A DNA stretch of 64,000 nt from Botryllus schlosseri (GCA_051294905.1 CM119384.1:9920001-9984000), one strand, 5' to 3'. Positions 12,501 to 27,500 are shown, counted from the stretch's first letter. The notes: a model not told the origin generated them from the letters alone. Made by a program: numbers and translations.

Positions 12501-15500
12501 CGTGGCTGTTAAAAGGTTGGGAACCACTGGTATAATGTAATATATAACATGTGTCGATGTAAGCTGGTGTGGTGTGGTATGCCCGGATCGCAATCCACGG
12601 ATACAATCGTGGGTCAAAACATTCGTGACACTAAATGGTTCAAAAATCGCAGCCGACAGCCGTTTGAGAAAAATATCCGAATACATTTGAATAGTATATT
12701 CATTATTCATATTGAAATGAACGCAAATATTTTTTGACACTTGTCAAGGGTAATCGTCAGCAACTAGTAGTGAATTGGCAAGCAAATTATATATCAACAA
12801 TCGTATTACAAAATACGACGTCACCGCATGAAATTTCAAATAATCGGAGCGAAGAGAGCGTTAAATACGAACAGTTGAACCTATGGTATAATCGTTACTG
12901 ATCCGCAAGCGGCATCTAGCGGAGGTCTCCCGCTTGTATATTCGATACCAGGTCCGATGGTTTTTACCACGTAGAATCTATGAATGAATACCACTATGCT
13001 ATATTTATCGACCCCATAGAGAGGGTGCTGAAATTCCGAGCGGCCTAGCGCGCGAATTTAAGCGCACGCTCAAGAATTGAGTCAATAGAGCCCATTACGT
13101 AATTTTGAAGTACCGGGGTGAGACGTTCAATGCCTTGGTTCGCCACCTGCCGTTGCATATTTGTACAGTGATCGAATATAGCAATTTCAAGGTGTTAGTT
13201 ACCAATCGTCAGCCTGAACTGTCTGCAACAGCCAACCAGTGGCTGTTATATCTCAAGGCGCACTTTACATCGAGTCCCCACGAATCTAATCATCAATACC
13301 AACGGGTTTATGCTTCGCACGTGATGACTTCACAATTGAAGTGCCTACCTAACGATAACCACAAAAAACCTTCAACACTTTTAGGCTTACTATGAAACTT
13401 CAACTCAAATCGAGTGCTCTCGGTTGGAGTTTATTAATAAACTGTGGAAATTTATCAACATCCCAAATTATATGAAGAGAAATGCACGATAACCTCATTT
13501 TTATGGTATAGATTTACTGAAACTTATGTAGAGGCCTTTGTCCAATATGGAGGTTTATTCAGCACACAAAATACACCGCAACCCGACAGACGATACAGAT
13601 CCCAGAACCAAGTATCCGACCACAAATACCGTCGACCGCCCAACACGGCCGACGCAGCCCAAGAGAGCGAACCAAGCTTATGCTCTTCCCGAATATACAA
13701 AGCATGACCGAAAGCGGACCCGAATAGGGGGCGCACGAGGGCTGCTACATCACCCTCCTCTAATTCTGAGAGGTACTATACAAAGTACTCTCACTAACCC
13801 ACAAAATAGCAACATAATATCAGCATAAACAATCAAGGCACTGTAATCACAATAAAACATATGCAATTTCCAGTCGTCAGTCCATACTATCATTCACACG
13901 GCGGTTCCCAAATTCCCCATAGTAGATGTACGACTTCAGCCAATTCGGAAGATCTGAGACAGGTGAAACGTATCCATTCGAATTCAGTTCCAACAAGCTT
14001 CCCGCGATTGCTGCAATAAATCCTGTGTCATTCGGAATCTTCTCCCGGTTATTAGGCTTGCTTCTGTAGCCGCATTCTGATTGTTCTTCATCACATCGCT
14101 TACATGGCAGCTGCACTATGAAATCTGAATCCTCAGTCGAGACTTCCACTTCGTATTCAAGCACAGGATCGTCACCCAAACTGACATCAGTTGCTACACT
14201 GCAAGTCTCTGGCAAGGCGACGGAGGATGTAGTATCTGAGCACGAGACAAGTACCGGTACACCACTGCTGGACACTTTCCCGATTCCAACACCTTCACCG
14301 ATAGAAGCACCAGAACCTTCAACGCCCATAACAATTTCAGAATCAGCATCGTCACCTTGTAGTATTGCCTTGAGCACCGAAATCATTCTATCCTCAGATG
14401 TCTGAAACTTGCGTTCAACGATCTCTTCGATAGCTTTCACGCAGTTTGCAGACGTACCGTCGATTCGAGAAATCCATGTACTTTCCATGTCCTCAAATCG
14501 TCGTTGCAGACAATCAATTTCGGCCTCCAGCATAACCAACTGTTGTGCTTCAATTTCTCTCTCCAATCTTCTGACTTCACCAACTAGCCAGACCCGCGAG
14601 TTGATGGACTGCGACGAATTCTCCATACTGCTCCAGGCGTGCTCGCCAATGTAGAGGCCTTTGTCCAATATGGAGGTTTATTCAGCACACAAAATACACC
14701 GCAACCCGACAGACGATACAGATCCCAGAACCAAGTATCCGACCACAAATACCGTCGACCGCCCAACACGGCCGACGCAGCCCAAGAGAGCGAACCAAGC
14801 TTATGCTCTTCCCGAATATACAAAGCATGACCGAAAGCGGACCCGAATAGGGGGCGCACGAGGGCTGCTACACTTATATCGCAAAACTATGATTTCAGCG
14901 CTACCAGCGACCTAATCTGAAGTCTTACACAATTCATTGTCCACGCAGTTTAGCTGGGCCTTTCGAGCCCCAAGCACACAGAGGCCGGATTAAGAGCTGA
15001 GCATTGTGAGCAAGGCAGCATACTCGACGCTACCATCCTAGTTGCGGTAGAATTAGTCACTAGCCACCTCTGAAAACCATGTCAGCTAAGATCTCTAATC
15101 CTGCAAATCAAACGCCGGTCCCATTAGTTGATTAGTACGTAACGCGCGTAACGAATAGAGAAAACCAAATCGTGTTCGGCTCACCTGTAATAACTGCAGA
15201 GCAAAAGTTTCGCATTGATCCGCCATTGAAAGATAAGCTTCGTCTACCTCCCGCTCTCTCTTCGCGAGCATTTGAAGCTCGCCGAACAAATCCATCGCTC
15301 TATTCAGCGGATCCCAAGTTAATCCTTTGTCGCTGAAATCGCGAATGCAAAATGTGGGCGTTTAGATCTTCGAAGGTGTTGTCAGTATAGCCTACAATTT
15401 GTAAAACAGAATTGTAGACACGACATACCTATTAGTTATGACTAGGGTTGCATTTAAAACAAACGGTGTTTCAATGAATGCCTCGAAAAAAAATAGTGTT

Positions 15501-18500
15501 TTTAGAAAAAAATTGTTTTTTTTTTTCAAATTGTAAAATTGTGCTATAATTGTGTAAATACTTTCCAAAAAACATGTTGTATGAGCCTACGGACAATTAT
15601 CACCCGATATAGCCGACGTATATTGATATGGGATGGTTGGAACCCGCAAAATAGTCGGTTCGACATTAATAGTACAGATATCTCGTCAAAGAAGCTATAT
15701 TTACCCTATATTTTCAATTGTCAATGCCAATCCACTATCACGACAGAATTGAAAATTGGTGACGTCATGGCTAGAATTACAAATTAAAAAAAAAAGTTTT
15801 AAATAAGGGCCTTGTTTTAAACATGTTTGTTTTAAATTGATTTTTGTTTTAAATGCAACCCTAGTTATGACGCACACCGCATAGCCATCACACATGCCTG
15901 CGTTGAGCAATTTATAAACTCGAGAATCTATTCTATAGCAATGTTGGAGAAAATTTTCAGGGATAAAGTCATGGCGTACCAAAATCGCATATAAATGAAC
16001 TACTATATGGTGTACTGGTAGTAAGCACTTCTGAAGTTTTATCGTAATATGGCGATCGTTTGCCGACTTTGCCTTTAGCAAGCTGAAGCTGAATGCTTTT
16101 TCTGGTCACACCGAATTCACTGATGCTATTGTAATCGTAACCCTGTGAAATTAACTCAATGGTGCCAGCATAAGTCTAGTAGACCTACATGTAAAAAATG
16201 GAAGTGTGAAAAACCATACAGGTCGATTTAAAATCTGTTTCGGGCACAAGAGCTTTAGAACTGATTTCTCATTGCTAGCCCGCGAGGACATTCAAAATTA
16301 CAACATACGTAACCCAGGTTGATGCAAAATGGGTAATGGCGCTACGATGCGTTCAAAGGTTACGCCATGACCGTAATACAAGGGCTGTATTGTCGGGCCG
16401 CGAATATATTTCATGTATAACAGGGGCGAGCAACTTCTCCAGCCGGCGGGCCGGAAACAAGAAAATCAAGTACTTGGCGGGCCGGATTGCTGAATCGATG
16501 CACTATTCGCCCATTTATCCACTATACACGGAATAAATCGTATTTAATGAATGTATTTTAACGACAGCAATGTCACTTCAAAGCCAATTCTCGTCGATAA
16601 GGACGAAGACGATGTAGATTTGAGAACAGCATTGTCACACCGGCGACGCCCTGTCTGCTTCTCACTGATCAATTAACACACGTGCCATCATAGTGACCTA
16701 TAGTGGCCGGCTTGCCGATCGCGAAATTTGATAAAACGGGTGCCAATCGAAAGCTACCGCGGCACTGCTTGCGAAAATATAAATTTTATTCTGCTGGTAG
16801 CTCCGAAACCCCCGAAATCAGCCTCGAATGTTGCATTGTAACGGTATTTGGTATTGTGACGCAATCATGCCCTCTGGGAGCAAGTGAAAGCAGCGCAAAC
16901 CGCAAGCGTCTTGACCATTGTTGGGCAACCAATTGAGCATTCACAGTTCACACTCTCACTCTTATCTCGTGCGCACTTGCTCATGAGCTGCTCAGACGGC
17001 ATGGATGAGTCACAATACCAAACACCGTTACAATGCAACATTCGAGGGTGATTTTGGGGTTCCAGGGCCACTAGCAGAATAAAATTTATATATTTTTTGC
17101 AATCACTACCTCGGTAGCTTTCTATTGATACTAGTTTTATCTAAATTAATATTCGGCAAGCCGGTCAAAAAATGCCGTCAAATTGCCTTTAGCCAAATGT
17201 AAAGTGTGACGTAGACCAATTTCACTAAGCCGTGAGATTTGCTGATGTGCACACCATATAGGACACTATGGTGCAAATGGTGTAATCCTTACTTAGGATT
17301 TCATGGCGTTCGATAAGCCCGGTATCCCAATTTACCAAGACATCAATTCATTAGGGTTGAGTACATGGTTAATGCCAATAATGCAAGTCTTCTCGCTTCG
17401 ACAAACTTACCCGTAAGCTATACTTGCGTACGCTGCGCACGCACGTATATAATAACATACAGTCACTAAAATTTGACGTTGAAGCAAGTAGTGGGGAATC
17501 TCTGCAGACTGAGGCCGCGGCCGGATCCGGCCCGCGGGCCGTATGTAGCCCGGCACTGACGTATAAGTATGACGCTAGATCACTTTCCACTGAACAAAAT
17601 TTATAATTAATAAGTACCAATATCGGTTTCAACAACGATAGTGGGAGTATGAAAACAGTACGATCAGTATTAGAAGTAGCCAGGATAATGATTTGGGAGG
17701 GGTTAATGCAAGATTGGTGGTGTATGGGGAAAATATTTAAATAGTGAATTGCTAGACGAGGTGAACACCAATGGCGTCATATAGTGCCAGAATCGAAAAT
17801 TGGTGGCGGGCCAAACCATCTTATAGCTACGCCAGTGCATATATAGCGTCATAAGGTATTCGCTCATATCAAAAAACACACAGATCATGAAATACCGCAT
17901 CTAATTGCTTATGATATAGCATTATGGCTACAATCGTATCACAAAGCGGATAAGAACATCAACGATCGATTGTCCAATTCTTTATAGTTGCGTCATTTCC
18001 AGGTTCCAGATTTTCGTTTTCTGAACTGTGATGACTAATATCTTCACTATATTGAAGTCAACGACATTGAATATCCTACTTCATGGACCGGTCATACATA
18101 GCACACAACGCGGAAACTCCAACTCTTCCTCGAGCAGGACAACAAGTCGCTAATTTGAATACGCACTTGTACATCAACAGCATAAAAGCTGGACTCGAGC
18201 GAGCTCGGAAATTGAGTAATCTCGCGGTGACAGCGTCCCAAGAATAGGCGTCGAAGGATTCTTCGAGAACATCATTGTCGCATATGGCAAGACGGTGATT
18301 ATATCTGAACAAAACGGTACGGAATGTTCAACATCCGAGATGATGTCTCGTGACGTAATAATTACGTTTTCGCAACGTTCTGACTGCGAAATTCGGAGCT
18401 TAAAAGCCACTTGCTCGTTTTCTCGATCCGCAATTTGCGGATCATAACAACACAGACCAGTTTTCTACGCTTCAATGTATAAACCCAATATAGGCCTACT

Positions 18501-21500
18501 CTTTCTCTCTGTCAAACACACACACAGAGAGAGAGCTATGAGAGAGAGTGAAAGAGAAACATGAAGTTGTGGATGTAATATTCTGACATCATGGAAGCAT
18601 CCACGATACTATCAGAAGTAGAGCTCCCTTTGCGTAAGAACTGCACATCTATTTCAAAACCAGGTGGCGAAATGTGCCTATATGCGAATTAGGCATTATG
18701 ACGGCACAAGTGTTCACAACGTCACAATCGATCTGCGACTACGCGAAATCGTTTAAAACAGCGGTTCCCAACCTTTTTCGACTCATCGCCCCCTTTTCAA
18801 GCTCCACATCGATCATCGCCCCAACCAAATATTGGGTACCAAAAAATGAGCATACAAAGTGTAATCACCAGTGAGCTAAATTTTCGTGAGTTGACTAAAA
18901 AAATGAATAAAAAAAGGTCATTTCTCCGACTTGACTCCAATATTGCTGTCTTAACGCGCCATCTCCCCCTATAGCCACCTTCGTTATCTTCGCCCCTTTG
19001 AACCGCCAAATCGCCGCACCCTGGGGGGGAGGGGGATATTGCCCACGTTGGGAACCACTGGTTTAAAATCTTCGCCCTACCCACCTACACATCCACAAAT
19101 ACAACTTAAGCCTACTTCAATTGTTGATGACTGACGTTGAAAATCAATGCATAGACAATATTCGTTCGATTCAAATCAGGGGGGCCAACCTTTACGGGCA
19201 AGGGGACACTCGAGATTTACTAACCATCGCGCGAACCGCATTAGCCAGCGGTAAAAAGAGGATCTATATCACTACGTATCAAAATCGATAAGAATTATGT
19301 CATGAAATGACTGTCTACATGACCTAGCCCCGCGAAATTTTTTTCAAAGATGATGAATGAATTCAGTCAATAATAATGTTAGTTGCATACATTGCGCGTC
19401 ACCTCTGTATACCGTTGGGCTCATGTGGCCAGGACATGATGAATCGGCGCTTGGTCATATCAATATCGAAGATTTAAGTGAACATGCCTCTGTCACTTTG
19501 TGCAAAGGTTTCATCGCCGACTATCTTTCTGCGAGTGCAGACTCAAAGTCGCATGCTGGACGACACATTATCTCGTAATTGCGAATATAGTTAGACTCAA
19601 TTCTCTAAATTCGACGTATATTTTAAATTTTTAATTTTCAGGAGGATGCACCAATACTAAAATCAAGAAATCGAGTGACAATAATCGCGCGAGGTGCTCA
19701 GAAAGACATCAACTCAAATAAATCTGCAAAGAAATATGTACGAAGATCTACGAAAATGTAGATGGCCCCTGGCTACGCCAATACGTCGGAACTGATATTT
19801 TAGTCATCAACATCCCAAAGTTGCCGGTCAGGCTAATCAAATTTTCGGCTATTCTGGCAAGTTCACAATAAATTTGGGTAATTTTTTGTTGTTGATATTA
19901 TAACTCAGTGGTTCCCAACTTTTTTCGCCTCATCGCCCCCTTTTCGAGCTCCACACCGATCATCGCACCCCCCCCCCAAAATTTTGTGAATCGAATAACG
20001 AGCATACAAACTGTAATTACCGGTTGGTTGACTAAAAAAAAAGGTCAACTTTTCGGCTCGATGTCGAACTTTTACACTTTTGCAGCTAAATTTTCGTGGG
20101 TTGACTAAAAAAAGGGTCATTTCTCCGAATTGGTTCCAATTAAGCCGTTTTAACGCGCCATCGCCCCCCTATCGCCCCCTTCGCTATTTTCGCCCCCTGT
20201 CGCCCCTTCGTCCATTTTCGCCCCCTATCGCCCCCTTGGTCATTTTCGCCCCCCTAGACCGCCAAATCGCCCCCTGGGGGGGCGATATCGCCCACGTTGG
20301 GAACCACAGTTATAATATAACTGGTTCGTGGTACAGAACCGTACCACGAACCAGCTATTTAAGTACTTCCGAAAAAAATTGATATTATAACTAATTCGAG
20401 AATTACCTCGCGGGTCATTCAAAACCTTCTCGCGGGCCACGGGTTGGCCGACCCCGATTTAAATCATACGAGAGTACAAGGTTGGTTATATGAGCTCTGG
20501 GCACTGTGCGCAGTATAGTGAACAGAGATTCACTGCTATCATATTACTTTACTACTATTTTACGACAACGTAGGCTGCAAGCACTGATCACTGCGTTTGC
20601 TATCAATTTAATTGTGATATAACAATCGAGGCTCGGTAAATTGCACAATCGTTGACTGATTGGCTGCTCTCACAGGTCACACCAGCGTATCCATACAATC
20701 CGAACTATACAAGATACAGCAATTTAGTCCACACCGATTATATGACTTGAAATCGACTCGTCAATTTTTCTTCGAGTCACGAGCCAATCCGCATTTTTGA
20801 AACGGCTACCCAAGTCAAGTCAAGTCATTTTTGCAAAGTGACTCGAGTCAAGTCAAGTCATACGAAAACGCTGACTCGAGTCCGGCCGACATACTGATGT
20901 CAAGTATCGTATGATTCTAAAGCCAATTCTATCGAAGCCTTTGAAAGACAGCATCCTCGAATATCAACACGAATGAGAATACCCAACAAGGGAACAATAA
21001 TTTCTAGCTATCCCCTAACATAGCTATGACAACTGCCCATAAATTAGGACCAGCCCGGAATAACTTACATCGACGCGTATGAACTCACTTGTAAAGCATA
21101 GATAATATTTTGTAGTTGTTCTTGTTAGCGGATAACATGAATGGAGTCAAGCCTGGCTCGAAAGGTGACGTGGTTCCGGGTACAATCTGCAGTGTGGTTT
21201 GCGAGTCTTTTTCGAGGAGCATTTCGATTGCCTCGTAAAACTCGCACTCCACGGCGTAGAAGAGCGCGTCGCGAAGCTCCAGACCCACTGAAATAACAGC
21301 GACACGGCTTTACAGCTCGCCAAATTGCCAAGACATGTATTTTGCATGATTATTTATAGGCGCTATATAAGTCAAAACTGCAGGCGAACCGGCAGTGACC
21401 TTATGACTACATTTACTTCTACTTAACAGGTTTTATGCAAAACTACTTGCGAAAATTTGTATTTTGAAAAGTAGAAAGTAGGACAAGTTTGCAACACTTA

Positions 21501-24500
21501 CATCAGAGAAATAGTCATAAGAACTGGGTGAAATAGCCCCCGCATCACGGTAACTGATACGAATTGGTGTGATAGCGCCGTGTAGTATAATTCGCGACTG
21601 CAACTATCATGGGTTGCGGGTTCGATTCCGACCGAGGTCGACTTCAGAATTCCTATGTAAGTGACGGTTTATCTAGGTTCCTCCTCGCCACCTCATCCGC
21701 GCAAGCGGTGTCTTTCAAGGAGCCTAGATAAGTGGGCCGTGCTATAAAAGTCGCTGGTCACGGAATAACAATGAAAAATATCGGCCCGGTGTAAATGACC
21801 ATGACCATAGTAGTCTTCAAACACCATGAATACCACAAAAAAAAAAAAAAGAAAACAAATAGTACGGTAACTGAATATGGACATATTTCTGTAGATTCTA
21901 CCTATCTGTAGCGTCATTAGTCATTTCGCGTTAGTTTCAATTTCGAAAAGTAGCCAGCCCCGATTACTTGCTCGACCAAATCTTTATTTTGAAACTACCT
22001 ACTTGATTACTTTTCAACCTTTTCTTCTTTTACTTTCGCTTGAAACATTTTCGACTTATCTCGGAAGTATATACTTCTACTTGTAATGAAGTAGACACTA
22101 CCGGCGTTACTTCTACATTTACTTGGGTAGCAACGCCAACTACTTTTACCTGTGGCAGTAGTTCGTAGTTTGTCATTCACACCGTCATTGGATTCAGCAT
22201 TTCAAATTTTCAATAGCCTGAATAAGGTGCCTCGATGTATATATATCATTGGGTGACCCAGTGAAAATGTAATTTTCGGCGGTCTCGTCTGGGCGTTCGT
22301 GAAATAAGAAACTTATCTCAAATTTAAGCGACAGAATTTATAAAGCGATCTATATTTACTAATTTACATATTTTCCGGACACAGAGTGTTTGGCGCGGGT
22401 AGTTGAACTTCTTGCTTGCAAGCCATTGTGTCACAGATAACAGTGAGATGCAGCTAACCTATCACGTAGCTCTTTGTTATGCAAATTAATGAGAATAGAA
22501 CCATACTAAGAATAGTTTATAGCATGGTTTTAAATCACTACTTAACATTTTTGCGCAATATTTGATCAAAGTAGCAGTAAAAATCGGTATGAAAAATATG
22601 GAAAAGTTGCAAACAATTGCACTATATAATCCCTTCAAACAGCTTGAAGCATCATAGTACATAGATTCTGAGTAATCTAGGAAGCGGTCGGAAGCTGTAA
22701 AAAAATGTTGCAAAAACTTGCCCTGATAATTACTATTAAAAATACAGGGTTAAAATGGCGCCTTGGCCGAAAAATATTTCCGACCTCCGTCGTAAATGGA
22801 TCAAAAATATCTTTGAGCGGGACTACATTGTCATGCAGCATTTTACGGTCGGCGGTCATCATCATCATCAGAACAACCATTCCCATTCAACTTTTAAAAC
22901 ACCGCCTGTTTTAAATGGAAGTTTAAAACACCATGTGTTTTAAATGCAACTGTAGCTGTAACTGTTGCACCGATGATGATTTCGCGGGTTTCCCAGCCAT
23001 TCCATATCGTATACGTTGACGATATCTAGTGCGAGTGCGAGTCGTCCTAAGGCGCATACTACATGCTTTTTCGAAAGCATTTATACAATTATGACATAAT
23101 TATGCAACTTTCGAGAAAAAATTTTTGAAGGACACGTATCTAAACACATTCTGTTTTAAATGCAACCCTATCTGCAACCATCAGAGATACGGGCATTATC
23201 ACATTCCCGCATTGCAAACGAGCATAAACCCGGTCATCAAATCTATCAACGATTTAACGACCTCAACGACTGGGAATTTTTAATGTGTTGAGTTTCCCGG
23301 TTTCGCGTTCTGCACATTGAGAAATTCCGAGGGTGACGATGGTCATGGAACAGGCAATTAAACGCAAACCCCTATATACAGTGCGCGAGGAGATATTATC
23401 ACAGTCGAGATGTCATTGGAGCTTCAAATATAAGCAAACTGACACGATTGCTCCACCAAACAGACATTCTCGCGGGCACAATGCGCGATTCATTGACCAT
23501 TTGGTAAGAGTTTCACGCAGATATGCTCGGATAGAGTAAAGTGACATCGAAATAAGCGCGGCCTTCTCGAACGGAATTGCACGGATTAGCACACCAGATA
23601 ACACGCGTTTGAAGCAGAAGTATATTAGAGGGCGGGGAAGATGCTGAGATTACTTGAATTATTGATGCAGCAAGCGTTGAAATTATACGGTCCTCTAAAC
23701 CTAGAAATAAATTCCGGACCACTTACCTACTTCGTCGCTCAAAAGAAATCTGACTACATCCAAATGTCTGTTCAGCAGCGCCAGACTCAGCGCCGTGCGG
23801 TCGAGCGAATCGACACAATTAACGTCCAAGTGAAACAGGTAGTAGGTCTGTTCGACGAAAATATTGCGCAGCTCGTCCAAGTTACCCTCGGCGGAGTACC
23901 GTAAGAAATTCAATTCGTACGTGTTCAGGCTACCTGTCGCCAAAACAATAAAATATTAAACAATTGAAACCAGAGAAAGGTATACATGTTACGCAAACAC
24001 CGACACTTCAGTCGCGGCATAAATAATGCAACCAATCATTTTTCATTCCGTTCCAGCGGATGCGGCACCGATTCCCGATAAACCAAGATGAACGCGTAAT
24101 TACGCTTTCTGCTTCTGACGATGCGTCAGCCGTAACCTGGCCGACCGGGACATTATTCATGGTCCGAGGGTCACCGCGTCACGGCGGTTTTGTGTTGCGA
24201 CTAGTGGTATCTGACATCGTGGCTTACAAGAGCCCAATTAGTGCGATCCGATTCCGATTTTGTATTCTATTCGATGAATAATTCTGCCGGTATGGGATCC
24301 TCATCAATATTTAAAGCGGTGTCTCAAACAGAAATTGGGCGCGTTGAAGATGAAATGCGAATCTGGATAGAGGAAGGCGCATTTCACTCAGGAATGCGAG
24401 GTTGAGGGAATCGAGCCGCTTGGAAATGGTACCGTTACGGTGGTGATGACGATGTAGCCTATATACACGAGGCACAAACATAGCGATTCGATCACATGGG

Positions 24501-27500
24501 CTATGCAACGTCAAGCCGTGGGAAAAGTTGACACGCAATCGCAGGCGATTTAACACCGACGCAATGACATATTGAGTCAAAATGACTGCAAATTTGAAGT
24601 GTCCGGGCCCTGCATAAAACGAATTACGTATAGAGTAGCAGGGATTTTCCGGACCCTGTATTATCTTGCGGATGTCCAATGCGTTTTTGTTAAGCTTCGA
24701 AAATTAAGTGGGAACGAATGATTTTCGGATAAAAAACATCGATGTAAGTATATCCGTCTGTACAATACCCACAATGTACCACGCGATACGCAAGACAAAA
24801 TGCCATGTCGAAACGAGCATGTGCGGTCCTGCAAGCTAATATTTCAGTGATCTGTGACGACTAGAATTGGCGGTTCCGTTCTGTCCATACACATGAATGA
24901 AAAGTGTGCGCATGTTTTTCCAAATTCCGAGACAAACATAGCATTGAATGGCCGCATATCGCTTACGATACATTTCTCCCGAAAGTGAGTGTGCTTCCAT
25001 AGATAAATTACGCGGATCTGATGATTTCACAGTCGACTCAAAAACAGCGAGGACAAAAATGTATGGCGACCTTTTCCAATCGAACTCACCCTCGTCTTCG
25101 AAATGTGGGATGCTGACGGTTCCGATGTAGGGATTGTCTTCACTCACTCCCGTTATAGTCGGTCCCGGCATTCTGCGACGGTTTCGCTGGGAATTACCCC
25201 GCATTCTGAAAATGAGAAGACGATAGTATAGCTATAGAGGACCTTTCCAAAGGCATAGGAACTTCGCAGTGCGAAGATACAAGCAACGTCAGTTCCCCAT
25301 ACCCAGTCGAACTTTGCGACAAATTCCCACGCGAGGCATGAGTTACACCTGCTAATTCTCTAGGAGCATTTCCGACTTCCCACAATAACGAAACACGCAT
25401 TCTACAATTTACATACTATACGCATGAGCATGAGTAAGCACTAAGCAGGCGCATATAGACAAGATTCAGTGGCTCTGCCTGAAAGTTTTGGGAAGTCGGC
25501 CAACCATAAGGGAAAGGTTCGAGAGACCCAGTGTATATTCCGGATATATCTGATAGAGATGTGATCAAAGTAGTCATCGCTGGTACTTAAGTAGAAGTAG
25601 AAGTAGCGATTACCAAGTAATTATTATAGGCCTTGGTTTTCCTATAACAGAAAACAGTAAAGTAGAATTACAAGTACAAGTTAGCCTAAATCATAATCAC
25701 GTGAGTAAGGATAGTGTTAGCAGTCACAAACTGCTTGATTAACCCGAAAAGTGGAAGTAATTCGTTACTGACCACCTTTGGCTATTGGACAATGTGCAAC
25801 TTCAGATTAACGCAAACAGAAACGTAAACTATATCTCTGCGCGAACTTGACAATGCTCCCGATGCGCCTATACACATAATGTAGTTATCAATTACTGATG
25901 ATGATCGTTATTGTTCATCAAACTATCATGGAAAGCGGTAACGCCATGGTAAACTCGAAAATAGCGAATGAAAAATTGCGGAAGCACTCGCCTGTATCTG
26001 TTGTCCTGAGACATCGATAATTCCCTTGGAATCGAAGTGGACCGCGAACGCGTAAAGAATTTCTGCCAATCGTGTTTGGTGTGGCCGTTACCACCGGCGA
26101 CGGGAATATTTCCGGCTGACGCGGAGATCGGTACATATGTTCCGCTCTTTGGCTGGTCTCTTTCGCTCAGTGCTGCGCATTCGAAAAGTTCATCTCAATA
26201 CAAGTCCATGTAGTCGCGTAACGAGGCATCGCAAAAAGTGCGTGGGCTAAGTGTTAAGCAAGCAAGCAATCGCTGTGGTTACTTCCTGCTACGAATTCCG
26301 GGATATTGAGATTATATAATAAGTATCTATCGTTCTTTCACTATGCAACTTATAGCCCACGTTCTTAGAAAGCTAATTGGTGCTTGTATAATTTGACTAC
26401 AATAATGAAACGCGAGGGTGTTTCAATATGACGTCACAAAATCGTTACGTTGCTTTTGGTGCATTTCGTTTGCACGTCGGAAATTGGCACCACGGGCGAT
26501 ATACAGAGCCAAATTGGTATAAATTCACCAGCAAATCTTACATTGCATTTGTGGAGATGCGTAATTTCATTGCTTTACAGAAATCAATGCAAAAATAACA
26601 TCACAATACTAATATAAAGTGGGAATATGATGCAGACAAGATGAACCAACACAACAATGCTTACCATCAGACGCTGACTCGTGTAAAGTCCTCCTTACTT
26701 TCCCCGCTTTTCTGCTGACTGCCGTTGCAACTATTGCCCCCACTTTAAAAGATGTCTTCCCCTGGCCCTGGTTGGCGTTGTCCAACGAGTTTGATGATGT
26801 CGTTGAGTCAGTCGGGCGAAAAGTTGGCAATCTCGTGAAAGATGGCGACTAGAAGTATTTTACAGAATGTATGACCCCATTATCACTATATACAGCATGC
26901 AAAATAGACGAGGGAATTTGTCACGGTCGGCTTTTCAATGGTTTCGTGGAGGTCAACCATGATTGCTGCTGCTCAAACGTGTGGCACATATCAGAACAAA
27001 TGATAACAAGACAGATTATACCAGTGATTCCCAGCCTGCGGGGTACCCGCAAACCCCGGAATGACGTCTGGCGGTCCCCTGATCGATGTTATCGGTGAAA
27101 CTGGACCAAAAAAGGTCAACAAAGATAAGGTATGTTTAAAAAAATCATCGGCTCACGTCTTAGAAGAAAGCAACATCCAACCCGAAATCGGACAACTACG
27201 CTCACGCTCATCCAAAAGACAATCATCTTAACTTTCTAAAGCAGTGGTTCTCAACATCTTTCTTACTGCATAGTGCATACCACCTCGAGATTATATGATT
27301 TTGTTGCGCATTATTCACAAATTAACGAAAAACTCAACTGTACTCGAAATATATATAGGATTATTTCACGCGAGAGTATTGGCAAATAAGTCGGCCCGGA
27401 AATTTTACAACAAATGCGGCGCACGAGCTAATCCATCCCTGATTACTAATAACACACTTTTGATGAAGACATTTCTTAGAGAAGAGACGATTACGTTAAC

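Larger units (their letters stand above)
13527..14872 (-). mobile_element. Mini LTR retroelement (1346 bp), recent insertion
   Basis: Two 223-bp LTRs that appear identical, TGTAG...CTACA; 4-bp TSD CTTA; primer-binding site (PBS), polypurine tract (PPT) and one internal ORF. Confidence 0.95.

Noticed and set aside
13040-13400. Possible Penelope GIY-YIG remnant on plus strand (KRTLKN*VNRAH, NFKVL)
   Set aside because: Too degenerate to support
14010-14045. PNDTGF as a retroviral protease DTG motif
   Set aside because: Lacks the hydrophobic LxDTGA context and the rest of the fold
14118-14654. Two plus-strand ORFs in the mini LTR element
   Set aside because: Antisense shadows of the 249-aa ORF, opposite to PBS/PPT orientation
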